Origin: Alphaproteobacteria bacterium
GTDB lineage: Bacteria; Pseudomonadota; Alphaproteobacteria; HIMB59; GCA-002718135
Direction: 5' to 3'
DNA: 41,495 nucleotides
Assembly (NCBI GenBank): GCA_045560915.1
Contig: JBJKYT010000036.1
Coordinates: forward strand, 1-41,495
Shown: one piece after another, positions 38,510-41,495 of the stretch
How the letters are laid out: the number at the start of each line of letters is the position of its first letter
Numbering within the stretch: the stretch's first letter is position 1
The notes under the pieces: generated by a model
Database searches by the model: none
Seen by the model: the letters and a program-made list of their open reading frames with translations, nothing else
What the model was told of the DNA's origin: nothing
Position numbers and translations under genes: made by a program

Positions 38510-38808
38510 TTATCTTTTGCTTTTAGGCTGTGGGATATCAACTGTTTCATAGGGTTTCATAAAATCATCTCGCTGACCATCCCAAAGATAATCAGAATAA
38601 TCAAATTCTGTAATTATTCTATCTGATCTTTCAAAAGTTAGTCCATATTTTCTGCAATAACTTGCAAATTCTTCAGCATTTTCTATAGGAAGTTTTTCTA
38701 CAACCCATCTTCTTGAGCTTCTATCAAATTTAAACCCATTTTTTTTAAACCAGTCACGATGATAATAAGAGTCTCTACCAAAAGCTGAAAAGTAATTTGT
38801 TTAGCCAT
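38510..38808 (-). CDS. hypothetical 99-aa protein hidden by a frameshift just after the start codon
   Basis: Adding one A to ATGGCTAAA gives MAKTNYFSAFGRDSYYHRDWFKKNGFKFDRSSRRWVVEK...PQPKSKR*, ending 3 bp before the EamA start. Confidence 0.65.
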
Positions 38809-38901
38809 AAAATATAAATTTTTTAATGCTTATACTTATTTATAGATTTAACACAATTAATTTATGTAGAATTTTCTGTCTAATTATATAAAATAGAAAT
38901 A

Positions 38902-39234
38902 ATGGAATTATATAAAAATAGTGAGATTACCGTTCACAAGCTCAATGAATTAAGAGAAGAAAATAAGAAAATTCAGATTCTGGACGTTAGAGAGGATACT
39001 GAAAGAGAACATGCTCATATTAAAGGAACTATACATATTAAATTATCTGAGATAGCTAAAAGACATATAGAATTAGATAAAAATAAAAATATTTTTGTTA
39101 TGTGTCATGCAGGTACCAGAAGTCAAACAGTTGTAAAATGGTTAAAATCACAGGGATATGAACATAGTGTTAATGTACTTGGGGGTATTGATGCTTGGGC
39201 AGCTTTAATAGATAGAAATATAAGAAGATATTAA
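38902..39234 (+). CDS. single-domain rhodanese (sulfurtransferase)
   Basis: ILDVRE, HIKG, active loop CHAGTRS, GGIDAW. Confidence 0.9.
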   Translation: MELYKNSEITVHKLNELREENKKIQILDVREDTEREHAHIKGTIHIKLSEIAKRHIELDKNKNIFVMCHAGTRSQTVVKWLKSQGYEHSVNVLGGIDAWAALIDRNIRRY

Positions 39235-39422
39235 TTAATACTTTCAAAGTAAAGTCCTAAAAAAATTAAAGAAATACTTATAAAGAATAAAAAAAATCGT
39301 ATTACTATATTGATTATTAGATTGAATTTAAAAATACTCTTAGTTGTTAATTTATATAAAGGATTACTAATAGATAATGATAATAAAAATATTCCAATTA
39401 TAATTGTAAACCAATGAAGCAT
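39231..39422 (-). CDS. small hypothetical membrane protein (63 aa)
   Basis: Two hydrophobic segments; stop overlaps the rhodanese stop (TTAA); fills the gap exactly. Confidence 0.6.
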   Translation of the reverse strand: MLHWFTIIIGIFLLSLSISNPLYKLTTKSIFKFNLIINIVIRFFLFFISISLIFLGLYFESIN

Positions 39423-39446
39423 TAATTAATACTTATAAGATAATTT

Positions 39447-40112
39447 ATGATGTTTAAAAATGAAAAATTAGAATTTAATAGAATTCCAATTAAAGATATT
39501 ATTAAAAAATCTAAAAAATTTTATGAAATTATTTCTAAAAGAAGATCTGTTAGAGATTTTGATAGTAAAAAAATTGATTTAAAAATTATAAAAAATGCTA
39601 TTTTGTCTGCTGGATCTGCTCCTAATGGTGCTAATTTACAACCTTGGCACTTTGTTATAATCAAAGATAAAAAAATAAAGAAAAAAATTAGAATAGCTGC
39701 TGAAATTGAAGAAAAAGAATTTTATAATAAAAAAGCACCAAAGGAATGGTTAAAAGCATTAGAACCTTTGGGAACGGATGAAAATAAACTTTTTATTGAG
39801 AATGCACCTGTATTGATTGCTATATTTGAAAAAAAATATTCTTTTCAAAAACAGAAAAAAATTAAAAATTACTATGTAAGAGAGTCGGTAGGCATAGCTA
39901 CAGGTATTCTTATTACTTGTTTGCATATGTCAGGATTATGCATGTTAACGCATACACCTAGCCCTATGAATTTTTTAAATAAAATCCTTGATAGACCAAA
40001 TAATGAAAAACCTTTTGTATTACTAGTGGTAGGATATCCAGATAAAGAATGTAACATTCCTACATTTGCAAAAAATAAAAAAAAATTAAATGAAATAAGT
40101 ACTATTTTTTAG
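39447..40112 (+). CDS. nitroreductase-fold flavoprotein, iodotyrosine deiodinase (IYD)-like
   Basis: RRSVRDF, APNGANLQPWHF, AAEIEEKEFY, LEPLGTDENK, YYVRESVGIA, LTHTPSPM, RPNNEKP. Confidence 0.8.
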   Translation: MMFKNEKLEFNRIPIKDIIKKSKKFYEIISKRRSVRDFDSKKIDLKIIKNAILSAGSAPNGANLQPWHFVIIKDKKIKKKIRIAAEIEEKEFYNKKAPKEWLKALEPLGTDENKLFIENAPVLIAIFEKKYSFQKQKKIKNYYVRESVGIATGILITCLHMSGLCMLTHTPSPMNFLNKILDRPNNEKPFVLLVVGYPDKECNIPTFAKNKKKLNEISTIF

Positions 40113-40617
40113 TTTTTTTTAACTCTTCAATTGAAATTTCTTCATATTTTTCAAAAGGCATATGGATCCATGGTGAGTCCTCTAGATAATCTATATAATA
40201 ATTAGGCACAAAAGAAGAAACAGCTTTATGATATAATACAGCTGTTCTGATAGGCTCATCTAAATAAAAACCATAGAAATGTTGGAGCCAATCAATACTT
40301 TTTTTAAGAGTTATTCCTGAGTCTGATAAATCATCAACAAGAAGAACTTTTGATCCTATATTTGGACTAGTTTTTGCAAGATCTCTTGAAAAAGTTATAG
40401 CTCCTCTTCTGTTTTTAACTCCTTCACCTTTATAAGATTCAACTGATAAAATGGCCAATGGTACATTAAAAATTCTTGCAAATACATCCCCGACTCTCAT
40501 TCCACCTTTTGCAATGCATACTACTTGATTAAATTCCCAACCATCATCATGAACTTTAATTGCTAGATCTTCAGTTTTTTGATGATACTCTTCCCATGAA
40601 ACAAATAAATCAGACAT
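40102..40617 (-). CDS. type I phosphoribosyltransferase (purine salvage-like)
   Basis: CIAKGG, PRPP loop VLLVDDLSDSGIT, WIHMPFE. Confidence 0.85.
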   Translation of the reverse strand: MSDLFVSWEEYHQKTEDLAIKVHDDGWEFNQVVCIAKGGMRVGDVFARIFNVPLAILSVESYKGEGVKNRRGAITFSRDLAKTSPNIGSKVLLVDDLSDSGITLKKSIDWLQHFYGFYLDEPIRTAVLYHKAVSSFVPNYYIDYLEDSPWIHMPFEKYEEISIEELKKTKK

Positions 40618-40632
40618 AATATTAAATTCCTA

Positions 40633-40660
40633 TAAACCCCCCAAGATAACTTGGAGGGTT
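40633..40660 (-). terminator. intergenic hairpin after the BMP gene (terminator or mRNA stabiliser)
   Basis: Minus strand AACCCTCCAAG-ttat-CTTGGGGGGTT with only a short T tail. Confidence 0.6.
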
Positions 40661-40673
40661 CTATTAAATTAAT

Positions 40674-41495
40674 TTATTGAGGTAATTCTCCGTCTATTCC
40701 TTGAACATACCAATTCATTCCAGCAAGCATACCATCATCAGCAACTTCACCTTCAGCTACCATCAGTTCTCCTGCTTGATTATAAATTGGACCTTCAAAA
40801 GAATGTAATTTACCATCTTTTATTGCTACTTCCATATTAATTGCTTCTTGAATTAAGCTGGCTGGCATAAGTTTTGTGTTATATGGAGACATAACAACCA
40901 TACCCTTATCCATTCCATCCCATGTATCTTCAGAAGACCAAGTTCCATCTACAACAGCTTGAGCTCTTGCTGCATAGTATGGTCCCCAAATATCTTCAAT
41001 AGCAGTTAAATGTGCATTAGGACAAAATTCTTCTTGATTAGACGCTTGTCCAAAAGCCAATACTCCAGCTTTTTCTGCTGCCTGACAAGGCGCAAAAGTA
41101 TCAGTATGCTGAACTAAAATATCAGCTCCTTGATTAATTAAGGTATTAGCTGCATCAGCTTCTTTTCCTGGATCATACCAAGTAAAAGCCCAAATAATTT
41201 TAATTTTAATATCTGGATTAACTTTAGAAGCCGCTAAATAAAAAGCATTTATTCCTCTAACAACTTCTGGAATAGGAAAGGAAGCAATATAACCTATTGT
41301 ATTTGTTTTAGTCATATGACCTGCTATATGACCAGATATTGTTCTACCTTCATAAAATCTAGCAGAATATGTTGAGACATTGTCAGCTCTTTTATATCCA
41401 GTAGCATGTTCAAATTTTATATTTGGAAATTCTTTAGCAACTTCAAGAGTTTGGTCCATATAGTTGAAAGAAGTAGTAAAAATTAAATCATGACC
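40674..41495 (-). CDS. BMP family ABC substrate-binding protein (purine/nucleoside type), 5' end outside window
   Basis: Frame stays open to the window edge (GHDLIFTTSFNYMD), then FEHATGYK, YSARFYEGR, FPIPEVVRGINAF, WYDPGKEA. Confidence 0.9.
   Translation of the reverse strand, partial: GHDLIFTTSFNYMDQTLEVAKEFPNIKFEHATGYKRADNVSTYSARFYEGRTISGHIAGHMTKTNTIGYIASFPIPEVVRGINAFYLAASKVNPDIKIKIIWAFTWYDPGKEADAANTLINQGADILVQHTDTFAPCQAAEKAGVLAFGQASNQEEFCPNAHLTAIEDIWGPYYAARAQAVVDGTWSSEDTWDGMDKGMVVMSPYNTKLMPASLIQEAINMEVAIKDGKLHSFEGPIYNQAGELMVAEGEVADDGMLAGMNWYVQGIDGELPQ

Noticed and set aside
999-40057. Short antisense or alternate-frame ORFs in the track (e.g. 999-1208, 1286-1498, 7954-8262, 20117-20389, 27049-27246, 33296-33622, 39872-40057)
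   Set aside because: All lie inside well-supported genes and show no motifs; expected shadow ORFs.

Overview
Very AT-rich (roughly a quarter G+C by eye), extremely gene-dense chromosomal segment of a streamlined alphaproteobacterium, probably marine (SAR11/HIMB59-like grade; inferred from synteny, composition and gene content). The left part is housekeeping: coaD, gyrA, ssb, uvrA, sodB, secF, secD, yajC. The rest is mostly transport and salvage: pseudouridine catabolism (psuK/psuG) facing a PHYHD1-like dioxygenase plus nucleoside hydrolase, a kinase-M23-PLP-lyase triple fusion, an iodotyrosine-deiodinase-like flavoprotein, a PRTase with a BMP nucleoside-binding protein, and htpG. The most notable locus is a single-aptamer glycine riboswitch directly upstream of a DUF1015-serC-serA operon with no serB, next to trpB2. 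A second standout is a tandem pair of paralogous ~73-aa membrane proteins with strong expression signals, a structured leader and an upstream 37-bp repeat. Four genes are broken by single-base indels in homopolymer runs (probably sequencing error), and three small ORFs are missing from the supplied ORF track. I saw no rRNA, tRNA, CRISPR array, integrase or transposase.
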